In this document: piece by piece, positions 12,705-26,009 of the stretch
Position numbering within the stretch: the stretch's first letter is position 1
How the letters are laid out: each line of letters opens with the position of its first letter
From: Neoechinorhynchus agilis
Taxonomy: Eukaryota; Animalia; Acanthocephala
Length of the DNA: 64,000 nt
Direction of reading: 5' to 3'
Assembly (NCBI GenBank): GCA_051530055.1
Contig: CM121342.1
Coordinates: 11,733,480-11,797,479, forward strand
Notes under the pieces: generated by a model
Seen by the model: the letters and a program-made list of their open reading frames with translations, nothing else
The model's database searches: none
What the model was told of the DNA's origin: nothing
Position numbers and translations under genes: made by a program

Positions 12705-14221
12705 ATGAGCTGCTTATTTATTCTTATAACTGTTTGCATCGTGACCAATGTGCAAGGTATCGATTCCTTCTTTTAATTCAAAGCTGATCTAAACCTACTT
12801 CATTTTAGCTTTACCGAACGAACAAAACCAAAACTCTGAAGGTCTGTTTCTTATTAAATTAGATTTTTTAAATTAATATTCGCCTTTTACATCGAATGTC
12901 GTTTTCCCCCCGAAAAAAGAATGGAAATCTTTTTGCGGGGTTTAACGGCATGAGTTGTGTATTTTTTATAGAACAAGTTTTTCAGAATTTCGTTGCTCAA
13001 ATCTGTGCAAAGCTTTGATCTCTAAAGACATTTAGTACTAAATGGGGTGTGCTTTCTAAATGTTCTTATTTCGACCTAAATAATATTGATGAGTATTTAA
13101 CACGTAAAGTATCTTAGATGAGTACAGTTACGAAGTGTCCGTATCGGATCCGGCTGCTCAGGACAATTATCAGGGTTAGTTTTTCCAAATTGAATACTTC
13201 ATAATGTTAAAATATTTAAGACTTTATAGATGACGACACTTACCCAACCCAGACAGGAGATGAACGATATATTTCTCCAGGCGTTATTGGTAAGGATTAT
13301 TACGAAGAATTGGGATATGACGGTGATGGAGTTGATCCTTTGAATAATGATCTTTCCGGAATAGAGATAATTGGTACGGAACCTTCAAATTATTCAAACA
13401 TCGTGAAATTGGTCAAGAATGGGAGTCGTAATGGAGTACAAGAAATGACCACTTTTCAGGATGTACTTGTAATTACTGAAACATCCGTTATTGGCTCGAA
13501 CACGTCGACTCAGTATTTGACAACAAATACACAGTGATTTCTGGTCTTTGTGATATCTTGTTAAAGATTTGAAAGCACTTTTACACCGTCCACACCGGCA
13601 TTTATAACAACAACCTTTGAGGAGAACGAAGACGATGTTTCTCAATCGTTCATGCCAACGACTGCTATAGAAAATGATCCGGAAAGTACCCTTGTTACCG
13701 TGGACTCAACTACTAATCACGCCGTCATTTCTGATATTTCCCAAGAAATCTCAGAGAGGTTTACATTGGAAAGGACGGAGACTCAGTCAACTCTAAACAC
13801 GATCCTAGATTTTGTTCCGATTAGAACCCCACCCGCAATTGTTATCGATCGGAACACAGGGGAATTTGATGACATTGAAAATGAAACTTATAATAATCAC
13901 CGGGAAGCTTATATTGATCACTATACTCAACCAGAAGATGAAGAATATGAAGTAATAAATGACACACCCGAACTCGCCGCAAACTCCAAAAATAGTAGGG
14001 ATTTCCGTGTGGTGAACGCGGAGGAATACCCGAATGTCCCTGAAGACGGGATCGACATGGATGATAATTACTTTAATGAGCAAGCCTCTAATGAAGTTGA
14101 ATACGATCCTATGACAGACGATAGCACTTTAATTGTCAGTACTATAGCCATTAATAATGTGGCGAGGCGTTCTTTAGTTGCAAAATTGATATTACTGTTA
14201 ATTGTTTTAGCATTTTATTAA
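12705..14221 (+). CDS. Acidic secreted, probably GPI-anchored orphan protein; exons 12705-12756, 12809-12841, 13118-13174, 13230-13533, 13567-14221
   Basis: Signal peptide MSCLFILITVCIVTNVQA, phase-1 GT-AG introns that join in frame, a 33-nt GT-AG intron that removes two in-frame stops, hydrophobic C-terminus LVAKLILLLIVLAFY. Confidence 0.65.
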
Positions 14222-14867
14222 ATCCTTAAATGTGATAAATGTTCGTTAGCCAATCGTTGACGAATAAGACGTACATGGTCGGTTATCATTCAAACATTGA
14301 TAAAAAAAAATTAGCATGAACATCTCGACACTCAACAAAAGTATAATTGATAATATGCAATTTTAATATGAGCAAAGAATATAAAAGATCCTTCCGCAAT
14401 CAGGTTATTAGTCGATGAAAACTCTCTTTATTGTTTAACATCTTCAACCTACTCAATGTTTGCTACACTCATTTTGAAATGTGTATTCATTTATGAAGAA
14501 CATTCGATATACAAAAGCATTTGATACAACCAATTGTCTAGAATAACAATTGTACCCACAAAAGCATTAGCCATCCACACTTTGATCCATTGTCGAAATT
14601 TGTGTAGAATTATAAAGCGCGATCCCTTTTGTTGGCTTGAATACTTTTTAATATTCATGAAGAAAGAAGTAGTATAGCAACAAGCTTGATATGGCTTAGA
14701 TATATTCTGTGCTATGGAAGTTGTCTTAAAAGACTAGAATAATCGTGGTCTCATGGTTGCTTTAATGATAATGTCGAGATTAAGATTTAGTTGTTTTCTA
14801 GCGTATAAATTAAATTGATTTTATTTTAAAATCCATCACATTCAAGTGCGAATAAAACACTTTAATA

Positions 14868-14960
14868 ACCTTGATAAATGCGTACAAGATTGTACCGAAA
14901 TATCGGATTTTAAAATAAAATCATTTTAATTTCTACGCCAGAAAACAACCATAAATAACT
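14868..14960. repeat. Dispersed repeat family A (aaccttgataaacgcgtacaagattgt...gaaatatcggat)
   Basis: Related copies at about 8230-8290, 19885-19950, 23272-23345, 30732-30890, 34565-34640 and 44100-44195; some are arranged as palindromes. Confidence 0.75.
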
Positions 14961-17808
14961 GTTCAATCTTCACAACTTATGATTCTGATTCCATCTCATA
15001 AATATCCAGTAACGTTCAACCTCTTCTTTGGCTATTCGATATTCTCGATATTCTACAGATAGAAACTCTGTTCTCTCCTATGTAGAGCCACTTTTATTCT
15101 TCTTTTCTCGAAATTCGTGCCTTGGGCAAAGAATCTCAGATTTGTATGCGGACGCGGAATGTTGCTCGTATGATGATAAATGTTATGCGATTTGCTGCAT
15201 AAAAATTTATCACACGTATCATGTTTCAAACTAAATTCGTTTAAGGGACAAACTCAAGTCGCGATGTATTTTTGAAGTATTTTGAACGAAATTTTAGCTT
15301 TAAGATAATATTAATAATCGCAATCAAAGTCGCATTTGTCAGATAAAAATTACATTTGGCCTTAGAAAGTCTAAGATTTTTACTTATTTTATAGCCATGG
15401 ATAAGCGAAATAGAATTATGTATATGATAAGTTTGAGTACATAGTTTAGAGGGCATTTGATTGAATTTTGTTGAAACATAATTACAACGATAACGAAGGA
15501 CAAGTGAAAATTTGCGCATTTTTGTGTACATTTGTCGATGAAAGTCGCAATCTGAGATAAATAATATGGAAAATACTTACCTTTAGGTTCTAATTGTATT
15601 AAATAGTAAAACTGTTGTAGATTTAATGTTTCGCTTCACATTTCACTCGCAGATAAGGCGACAAAGTTTCCGAAATATTTCTGGGCATTTCTAAGCGGAA
15701 AAATATATGATATTGCGCTTTTTTGTTTATTGATAAGATCATAATAATCGTTACTCTAATGCATAGTTGCTCTGGATTATTGTTTCTTTTCCATTATCTG
15801 CATTCGCGAGCCGCTTGAGAAATGGCACTAAAAGTCAAATGTGCAAATTATCATTATCACGTTAAAGCAGTCAATATTTCCCTATCAGTTCTGATTTATC
15901 ACTATTCTCGGAAAAATATAATCCCCAAAGGAGCACTATAGACGCGTCTGGGGCCTCGTCTCTAAATAGAAATTAGAACACCAGATAAAGGCACATAAAA
16001 AGGCTTTTCCCATCACCATTCGGTCCGCCTAGTTCTTCGAAAACGTGATCATCTTCTAATATGTCCGAAATAAGGTATCAATAAATTAATCCTAAAATAT
16101 TTATTTCTCAATAGAATCACACTCCCCCCCAAAATCGTGTTAGAAACCTAATTTATTCTTGGTAAAAAGAAAGCCTTTACTCTCCTCTTTAAACGACAAA
16201 AATGCTTATTCAGCCAAAAAAAATAATTATTTTAAGACCATCAACAGTTCATCGTCTCTTTTTACGGTTATGTTCCTAGCTAACTTCGTTTACAAATCTC
16301 ATCAGGCCGTATAAATACTCGTGTTAAGTATTAATGTGCTTGTTTGAATATGCATTTGGTTCAAGTTTTGGTGTCTCGAACACATAGGGCAAAACTTTAG
16401 CGTAGTAGAAAAGTTCATGTGAATTCTGCTCTCCATTTTGCAGATATTGAACTAATAGACCACAAATCTTACGGATAATTCGCCTTCTCAAATACTTCAC
16501 GTGGAAAAAGAGCTCGTTTTGTCGGGGCTAAAATTATAAAATCTTAAGTGTCACCACGATTCTAAAACATAAAACTACCTGCAAACACTTTTGAATCTAC
16601 TTGTTTGAGTATATGCAAATGTGTCATCAACTTAGAACATTGCAGAAAAATTGAATCTTCGCATTTTTTACAGCTTATAGGCAATGCGATTTAAGTTGCG
16701 ACGCTTAGTGCGTTATGTGATCTCTAAATTGTTATTTATAGAGAACACTCGGTAAAAAGGTAAACCGCTGCTTATTTTTTTGTGATCATTTGCATACAAA
16801 TCAGTAATTCGAAATAAAGCAATAATTATTGATTAGGAGAGCTTTTGGATGGTCTCGTAACCCCAAATCAATGACCATGAACGAATCAATTCTATGATTT
16901 GTTATTTTTAATGCTTGGAAATGTGGAGAATTTCTCTAAACCCTTAGATGATTATTGAATGCCCGTTGTATAAGAGCGCAATTGTTTTTGATTGTAAACT
17001 ATAATTATTCGCCCCTTTCATTTTTTTGGTGTATTGAATATGCCATTGTAAGTTCGGCCCCAAACTTCTATAATCACGCCGTTCATGTCTTGAATGTTAC
17101 GGGTTTCCTGATTTTTCGAACGGAAAATGTTTTTTATTGTTAACTTTTGTCGAGCTGCTAAGGAAATTATCACGCATCGTTAATCTTTTATAAAATTTCG
17201 AGCCGCAATCATTTTCGGGTGTGCTGATTTGTTTTCCGACCGGAAGTGAAATTCCTTTAAGGCTATTGTCTTCCTTTCGCACAGAAAGATAATTTTTTAT
17301 TCATTGTACTTCGGTTAGTGAAAAGAAACCTTTGTTGAGGTGTATTTATGAATGAGGAGTGATTGCATTTGGCCTTTACAATTGCGGCGCTGTCATTTGG
17401 TAGCAGCTGAGCTTTCTCTACGTTTCTAGCGAGAAAACTTTAATTCAACGCCCGATCGCATGTTCTAATTTTGCGATGGTAATGCAATGCCTCAACTCAT
17501 TAAGAAAGCACTCGTCAAATCCTTCCAAAAATGGGTTTCACTAACAACCTGTCAGTCTATGCACGAATTGAAGAGATCGAATTCGTTTCTCAACTGCTCT
17601 TGTGCCAACCACTGCACAAGCCTACATTTTTATTTATGATGGTGGGAGGAGCTGTTCTTAGCAAAGAAAAACGGAATGAATAGGTGTTTGTGTGTTTACA
17701 TCTCATCCACACTCATATAAAAGACCGAAGCATTGTGGGCTTCCAAAGGAAATTTATCCAGAACTAAGAGATATTCTTAGACCTTAAATTTTTGATGAGA
17801 AATAGACG

Positions 17809-19583
17809 ATGCACATGAAGATTGATCTCAGCGAAGCTCATGATGATGATGATGGAGGGGACGCAGTTGTCTATAACAAGGTAAGAGAATTCGACTAAAA
17901 CACACTCTTAGATTTGTTTAGAGATTGATGATAATCCTGGTGAGCTTACTGATCCTCATATTGACTGTAATACTGGTGGGAAACGCGACAGTGATCAAGC
18001 ATCTCCTATCGAAAAAGAGAACTTCTCGAATGCATTTCTATTTGCTCATGCTCGCTACAGCAGGTGAGTGAATGGAATAGCCGTTTCAACAAAAACGAAG
18101 CTTCTCGTAGACACTCTGGTTGGAATCATACTGGTCATTCCTGATATACTGGAGAAATGCAAAGTTACATATCATTTTGGAGATATCTTCTGCAAAATTC
18201 AGTATGTAATATCGGTTAGTTTTTTTGTAAAGAGAAAGTATAAACGAGAATCTTGAAAACCGACAAAAATTTAGATCGCCGTTTCATGCAATGCTGCATA
18301 CGTCTTGGTTTGCGTGAGTATTGACCGACTTGTTGCAATCACGAGACCAATGTTCATCGAGCACAATTGTGAGTTAAAGTTTTATTTCTGAGAAGAGCGA
18401 ATTTGGTCTTAGAACTTTGAAAAAATATTTAACATTCTAAGAAATGTTGATTTGAACAGTTTACTTTCGCTTAAAACAACTCAAAGCCAGTTTGTCGATT
18501 TGCTTCGTGTTTTTTCGTTTGAATGGAATTTATTCCTAAAATTCCAGTGTCTTTTCGACATGATGTGAAGTTGGCGACAACATTTGCCATGAAGCAATTT
18601 GACTTGAGGTGTTTTCTGACGAGCCAAACCCATATTTTTAAATTCGTTTTTTTGAATGGAAATTTTAAGATTTTTTCTTAAAATTCACCGTTTTACCGCA
18701 AAAATTGCAAAGAAAGCATGTCTTGGAATCCAGCAATTCGCTAAAATTGAACTTATTCGGGTTTGCACACTTATCACATTAACAGGTCTTCGGTATTCAT
18801 TGCTGGGATCATCATGGGCATTAAGTTTCATCAACGGCGTCCCAATGATACTTTTCCGGCACATTATACCGGTCAGAATAAAGACGGAAGAGTACAATGC
18901 TACTAAGATTGAAACAATCATGATTTGCGCAGTCGAAGCGGTATTATACATTACACAGAAGCTCTTACTACTTTATATCCCAAAATAGACGAGAGTTCAA
19001 TCGCAGATATTGGTCGTATTTTACACAACGATGATATTTTTCCTTCCATTATCGGTTATGATTGTTTGTCATGGAATAATTATTAATGCACTTCGAACAA
19101 AAAATAAGACGATTGAACATAGACCAAACCGTTTTCTAAGAAGGCGGGAAGGTAGCGTTGGTTTGTATTTACTTGTAGCTCATTGGATCACATTCGATTA
19201 AAATAGGAAGAGAAAGGCTCCAATCAATTCACGTATACAGCGCTCGAACTATGGAGTTATTGGCAAAAGCAAAGCTGAAAAGCGTTAAAATGACTCTTGT
19301 CATCATTTCAGGTTAAAAAAATTAGAAAACGTAGATCTAATTGACTGAGACTTTGTTCAATTTAGCGTACGTAGCATGTTGGAGCCCGTATTTCATCTTC
19401 AACATTTTGTCAACGTTCAACCTCGTGCATCGTGGAGGAATCGTTATATTCATGCATAGTCTCGGATACTTGAACAGTGCTTGTAATCCAATGATATTCT
19501 GGATGTTTACCAATGGAAGACGATCGAGATCGAGCGAAACTTGCAACAAGCACGAACTCGGTTCACATACGGGGCTAACGTGA
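17809..19583 (+). CDS. Rhodopsin-class neuropeptide GPCR of the vasopressin/oxytocin-CCAP-NPS group; exons about 17809-17880, 17922-18063, 18111-18214, 18275-18368, 18786-18958 (or 18940), 19007-19151, 19207-19311, 19366-19583
   Basis: TM1 GNATV, KRTSRMHFY, ADTLVG, FCK, SIDRLVAITRP, FFLP, AKLKSVKMTLVII, CWSPYF, LNSACNPMIF; joins are GT-AG except one ambiguous junction (see findings). Confidence 0.85.
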
Positions 19584-20458
19584 CCACAAACTGTAGCACG
19601 ATTTCTTAAAAACCTTCAAATATTAAGCATTTGTTCAACAAAATTGTAAATGAAACAAGTGTAGAATCTAGTTACGGCCGCAGAAAAAAGGCAAATTGTC
19701 TATGTTGACGGTACGATAAAAGTTATTAAGTTGATGCCTGATTTAAAAAAACGAAATTCTAAAACACGCGTATTATAGTGGTGGTGGAATATGAATTTTC
19801 AGAGAGAAACAATGCAAATGCTTAACACTTTACAGAACGTTTAAAGATTGAACTATTCGTGCTTGTTTATGGTGTAAAAAATTAAACGCGTACAAGATTG
19901 TGCCGTTGAAATATCGGATATAATTTCTTTTAATTTTTTACGCCATAAACAAGCACTTTACAGAACATAAATATTGTCGATTTTGATAGAACACTTCAAT
20001 TAGATTCAATCAAAATTCTATTATGGGCTTAAATTAGGTGAAATAATAACATAGCAGAACTTGTTTGTTTGCAATTTCGCTGTAACACGTATTCTCGGCT
20101 TTTCAGCGGTTTTGTAATCACTTCTTAAGTTTGAGTGCTTAGTAATAAAAATCACATTGATCATAAATACGACGTTAATTAACACGATTTTCACTTGAAA
20201 ACGTCTTACATCTTCCAAACTCTATTTTTTTGACTCAACCACAGTGGCCTTACCATGCACCTTCAAAAATTTCAAGGATTTTTGCTTTCTGATTCAATAA
20301 ACTTAAGCCTTTTGCTCTCTCATAGAGAAGAAATTTCATTCTGAATATTCGATATTATCAGTTAAAACCAATCTTCAGAGGCCAAAAACCAACCAAGCCA
20401 CAAACGCGTCAAAAACACTCGTTCAAACTTACTTCAGTTATCTCGACGCAGTCATCAA

Positions 20459-20965
20459 TTATTGTGAACCGGGCTTATCATCCGATTGAGCTGGAGATGA
20501 ATTTCCTCCCATAGGGAATTTATTTTTCATGGCCTTGAGTGCGGACAGCGCTGAGCTTTCGACACTACTTACGATGGGACTTTTCTTTATGTTATCCATT
20601 GATTTACGAACAGATTCCGTTAATCCTCGGAGTTGCGGGTGAACTCTTTCGGCTGCCATTTTCAAGCTCTGTTGAGTCTTTACAAAAGCTTCTGTCTTTC
20701 TTAATTCCTTAACAGCTTCATCAATATCGTGACGAACATCTTCTAGAACCCCAATACCCAAATCCGACTTAAGTTGTTGCTCCTTCTTGGCTTTCTCTAA
20801 TAGCACTTTTCTTAGAGTTTGAATCTCAGCTTGAACTTCGGCGAGCTCCTTTCTCTTCTCCTCTTGTGGTGAATCGATATGTGGCTCCTCTTCAGGAGTC
20901 AAAACAGTTCCTTCCTCAGGCTTTGTTGGTTCTTCAGGTTTCGTAGAATTTGAAGGATCAGTCAT
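20459..20965 (-). CDS. TPD52: Tumor protein D52 family coiled-coil protein (intronless)
   Basis: KRKELAEVQAEIQTLRKVLLEKAKKEQQLKSDLGI matches the D52 domain. Confidence 0.85.
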   Translation of the reverse strand: MTDPSNSTKPEEPTKPEEGTVLTPEEEPHIDSPQEEKRKELAEVQAEIQTLRKVLLEKAKKEQQLKSDLGIGVLEDVRHDIDEAVKELRKTEAFVKTQQSLKMAAERVHPQLRGLTESVRKSMDNIKKSPIVSSVESSALSALKAMKNKFPMGGNSSPAQSDDKPGSQ

Positions 20966-22454
20966 TTTAGGATCTTTAAATCAAAGAATGCGTAGATAAT
21001 TAGTTTTAAATCAACGACAACTCGTAGACGTTGTGCTGAAGCAAAGCAACCAACGTGTACTCACTACTATCATAAAAAGTGTGTTGAGCATTTCATTCAA
21101 CGCCACTTGTTTTTTGACGAAGTGAGCGGAAGGCAGTAAATCATATGCTGCCTTTGCAGTGAATTGCGACCCCTCAAAACTTACCTTTGCTTCAAATCAA
21201 GTGAAAATGGAAGCTGCAAAAAAGAAGAGGACGTATTTAAACGTTCAACGTGATTCATTAAAAGGAAATTCAGCGAGACAAAGTCATTGCATTTTGACAG
21301 GCGATCACCAACAAACAAAACGGATGCATTGCCATTTCAGTCTATTTAAAAGAACAAAATAGACTCTTGCCTACTAAAAGGGCCATGCGTTTCCATGCCA
21401 ATTTTTGACAGGCGAAAAGGACGAAATTCGAAGACATTTCACTAGCGGAAAATACAAATGGTTCAGAGTGTAAAGAAAAGACTCTAGTTCAATCTCCGTT
21501 GCTAACTGCTCTCACGTTCAAAAATTCAGCCATACTTGCTAATAAATGAACAGAAAGCGATACCTAAAAATCCAAAATTCAACGAGAAGTTTACAAGATT
21601 TTTTTTAATTTATGTGCGCTTTTCACACGAAATTATTTAGATTTGAGTCGTCCGGATAGTTCAATAAAGGAATAAGTCAAACTGAGCTAATAAAGGAGTT
21701 TTATTAAATCCGACTGTTTTCGCAGCTATAATATTGAACGCCTTTTTATCAGGATTGTTTTGGGAGAAAAATTAAAGTCAAGCTCACTTTTGTTTTTCTC
21801 TGGAAACAATCTTGATAAACGTGAACAAACTTGTGGCTTCGAAAACAATCGGATTTTATGAAACTCCTTTAAATTTTCCGCAATAAACAAACATGAATAA
21901 TTCAATCTTCAAACAATAAATCTCGGACTTTTCTTTAATGCCAGTAAAACAAAATTTCAATAAGATCAAGATAAAAATATGCAGTTATTATTTTGCGGTC
22001 GTTCTCAACACCTGAGATTAGGGATCATTAAAGACAAATGTATATAATTCGAATGTTGATCTGAATAAATTGAAAAGGCCGTTAAAAACTTCCACTGGCC
22101 TCTAAGGCGAATAATTTTTTATTAATCGACCAATAAAAAAGATTTTAGCACTGTTTAGACTTATCCGATCTTTTTTTTGTTATTTTGTAGTCGCTTCTCA
22201 ACATTTGAGAAGACAGATCGCGTTCAACCTTAAGTTTTTGTTTATTTTTGCCAGTTCTCGTTTAATACTGTATTTTTAACTGCGAACGATGTTCAAATGA
22301 GCTTTTCGCGCTCAATCCAAAAAGTTTACGTCATAAATGCAAGTGTTCATTGATAAACTCGTGAAAAATAGCACGGAAGAATCGTAAGTTGGATTCTGAG
22401 GCAATCTTGGAATTTTTTATTGTTGTTGTTTAGCGTCACAACATTTTCTTGAGG

Positions 22455-22883
22455 ATGTCGTACATGCTAAGACACTTGGAGAATGGATGGCAGGTTGATC
22501 AGGCTATTCTGTCAGAGGAAGACAAGGTTGTGATCATTCGATTTGGTCACGATTGGGACCCAACGTGTATGAAAATGGATGAGGTTTTGTATAAGGTGGC
22601 TGAGCGAATAAAGAATTTCGCCGTGATTTACCTCGTGGACATTGCACAAGTTCCTGATTTTAACAAAATGTACGAACTCTACGATCCATGCACTGTGATG
22701 TTCTTCTATAGGAACAAACACATAATGATTGATCTTGGTACTGGAAATAATAATAAGATCAATTGGGCTTTGGAAGACACTCAAGAGTTCATAGACATTG
22801 TGGAGACTGTGTTCAGAGGCGCACGGAAAGGGAGAGGTCTTGTGGTTTCACCAAAAGATTACTCGACCAAGTATAGATATTAA
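22455..22883 (+). CDS. TXNL4A: U5 snRNP protein Dim1 (intronless)
   Basis: Near-identical to Dim1: MSYML.HL.NGWQVDQAILSEED ... SPKDYSTKYRY. Confidence 0.98.
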   Translation: MSYMLRHLENGWQVDQAILSEEDKVVIIRFGHDWDPTCMKMDEVLYKVAERIKNFAVIYLVDIAQVPDFNKMYELYDPCTVMFFYRNKHIMIDLGTGNNNKINWALEDTQEFIDIVETVFRGARKGRGLVVSPKDYSTKYRY

Positions 22884-23818
22884 ACTAAAAATGCGAATGA
22901 ACTATGGCCGTAATGGACAATTTGATTGGATCGCTTTTTTTTTAAAAAAAAGAAGAAGGAATCGATTAATATAGGGAACTCCTTCGATTTTTTCCCAGCT
23001 AAAAAAAAGAACAGCATGAGCAATCCAATTTTCAAACATTAATGATAAATGTTTGAACATTTAATTGTTCATGTTTTTATATTGCCAAAAAATTTTTGGC
23101 CAACTTTCCTCTTTAAAATACCGATTACCTCAGAATGAAAAACCTTATTTGTGATGAAAGTTTAACTATGTTCAAATTTCGGCACTTCTCTTAATTTTAT
23201 TGAGGTTTGCATTCGGTCGAGTGGTTAGATATGTTGTAATTATTTCAACAGTGCGAATAAAACATTTAAACAACCTTGTGATAAACGCGTACAAGATTGT
23301 GTTGAAATATCGGATCTAATAAATTCTTTTAATTATCCGCCATATAAAAACACTAAAAGAAGTATTGTTAGATCGTTTGTCGATACCCGAGGGAGATCAT
23401 TAAAGACGAACGTGTATATTTCGATTGATTGAATCAGTCATTATTAAGTTGAAATAATTTACAAGCAATTGGCTTGATAAAAATGATTGATACAATCAGT
23501 CGAAATATTCATTCGTCTTTAATGATCCCTTTGGGTCGTGATGTTCGGTCGATTTCATTTTCCACATTTGAATCAAAAGCGCAGCTCCCTAGAAGACTCA
23601 GCCGGTCTAGAGTGATCATAGCGTTATTTAAAATAAAGTAAAACCCATGCTCAGATTTCGACGCTCTCCATCTTTCTAATGTAAATTTCAATCCACGAAA
23701 TTCAATTGGCATGCATCACATCGGAATTCAATCTAATTTTAAAAGCTAATCACAATTCACTTTGGTTTTTTGATACTTATTATAAATGTTATGAAATCAT
23801 TGAAATCACCGCTCTGGA

Positions 23819-24150
23819 TCACTCAGCTGTCGTTCTGGTGTAACGGTCGAAAGGACGGATGCAGCGTTCCCCCGATTGCAAGGACAGACTTATGTTTTGT
23901 ATGAGGAATGCTATTGATCTCGGATCGCCAGTGATTCGTCTCAGTCTCTTAAACAATTGTTTGACCAGGTAATGCGCCGCGGAACCAAACGACCCGAGTG
24001 TCTCGACGCCAAAGGGAACAAAATAATGATTTCGACTCTGGTCCCTGTATTTTGTTCTGTTGCGTTCTTCAGCGGCGGTTGCTACTTCTTCTGGTTTAAT
24101 AGTGGCGAATTTTATGTTGCTGGCTACAAGCGTGTCCACGAACGTGGCGT
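23819..24150 (-). mobile_element. 3' fragment of a CRE-clade non-LTR retrotransposon (restriction-like endonuclease region)
   Basis: DTLVAS ... AAEERNRTKY ... FVPFGVETLGSFG ... TGDPRS..FLIQNISLSLQSG. Confidence 0.75.
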
Positions 24151-26009
24151 CGCAGAGAAGGCAAGAGCGTTATTTTAAATAAAATAAAAATCACGCTCAA
24201 ATTTTGACGCTCTCCTATATTTTAATGTAAATTTCCATTCAAGAAATTGTAATTGCCTACATGCATCAAAATTTGAGCATAGTTTAGACCTTATCATGAA
24301 GAACGCTCTTAATTCTATGGTAACATCAATCAATTCTCATGAACCAGTGGTAAAGATAAAAACCATAAGCAAAAACCGTATATGCACGTGAAATCAACTT
24401 TAAAAGTCGACTAAGAAAATGTTATTCAATTTGGATTTGATTGATGTTTTGATATCAATAATCAAGGCTTTTAGTCTAAAAATTGAAAGACGAATAACTC
24501 AAGAACTATGGCAGCTATTGATAATCGGAAAGATTTATGCTAGATGCCTTAGTAACTTGGTAAATAGCGTGTGTTAACTTTTGTAACAATGGACAAAATC
24601 AAATAACACCAATCTACTCACCTGGTCAGAAATACGAACAACAACAATGACACTGAGATTGCAACGTACATTGAACAAAAAGAAAAGCTAGAATTGTCTC
24701 TGAATTTTGAAAAGTGAAAGCAATCACTGGGAAACGCATTCGCCAGATTCAAAATGACTGCAGGATCATGAAGTCCGAAGAACGTTGGTACTCGTGCCAT
24801 CATGACCCGAAATGAAAATGAGGAGAAACCCAATCCACAAATTCTCCTACAAACAATAACCACTAAATTTCCCGTTCGACCGGACCCGCATTCCACTTCA
24901 AAATGAACGACCACATTCATGAAGCCTATCATTTCGTTCAAGTGCTCACGAGGACCCAGAAGTACATGGTTCCTGTACTGTGAATAAAATAAAACGTATT
25001 GTTATTATGCCCATGGTTTCATCACAGGGAATGCAATCTCTTCAGGTTTGAAAACAGACTCTGTCGGCAAGTTCGAGGATGGGCTACGGGGAACTGCAGT
25101 ATTGCTCCAATTTTGGCAATTTGGCTCTTGGACTTAGGGGGAAGAAGCATATTTTTCCACACATTACCGAAAACCCATGTAGCTGAGGTATGTGGGCGAA
25201 GTGCTACTGCCCTACAGGGAGACGTCTGAAGTGGATAAATTGGAACAGAGGCTCAATACAATGGACACAACCGAGCGGTTGAGAGTGACGAGGGACAACC
25301 CGCCGGATACTTTGCAAGAGGAGTAATGTTAAACCCAAGCGCGACCTCCATGGGCCAAACACAACTCAACGTTTCCCCGAGGTCAAGGAGTAGATCTTTC
25401 GACGGCCGTGAAGTACCAAGCGAGTGACTTATGTAACTTTCTCTTGCGGGGGCTTCCCTCATCTCGAAATGGGTGAAAAGTGGGGCTAATGGTATGTAGG
25501 GAGGAGACGACGGATGTTAGACTGTTGAAAACTCCGATAAATTGGTTCAAAATAAAGCATTCCGTTTCAATTGCGTAAATTGCGAAAGGCAATAAAAGAA
25601 GGAAAATTTTGCTGAAAAGAAAAACGATCCGATCGCGGCTAATTAACAAAGAGAAGGACCCATGTATCTTTTAGTCTTCATTATTTCGGTTACCGATCAA
25701 TGGCCAAAAGACACTAGCGCAGCTACTATTTCGCCGAAAAGAAAACCGCTATTTGTTAAAAAAATATGAAAATGACGTCAGGTACTTGTATATAAAACCC
25801 GAAAGAATTGAAATGTATATTTTTAATTGAAAGATTGCGTCACTTTCAGCGAAACGTTTTGTATTGTTTGGTTGTTAAAGTGTTGGATTAGCGGTGGTCG
25901 TTGTTTTTTCCACCCGACCATTTCGAAAAAAAAGGAATTAGTCTCTGTAACATTCTTTCTTTAATTTAGTTTATTCCAAAAACTCGTTTTTTAAGCTGTT
26001 TTCAGAGAA

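Noticed and set aside
13534-13566. 33-nt interruption as another hairpin insert
   Set aside because: It has an in-frame GT-AG solution, and removal between the GATTT repeats leaves the TGA.
24600-25650. Degenerate coding-like GC-richer tract upstream of DHX9
   Set aside because: Multiple stops, no start or splice model, no recognisable motif.
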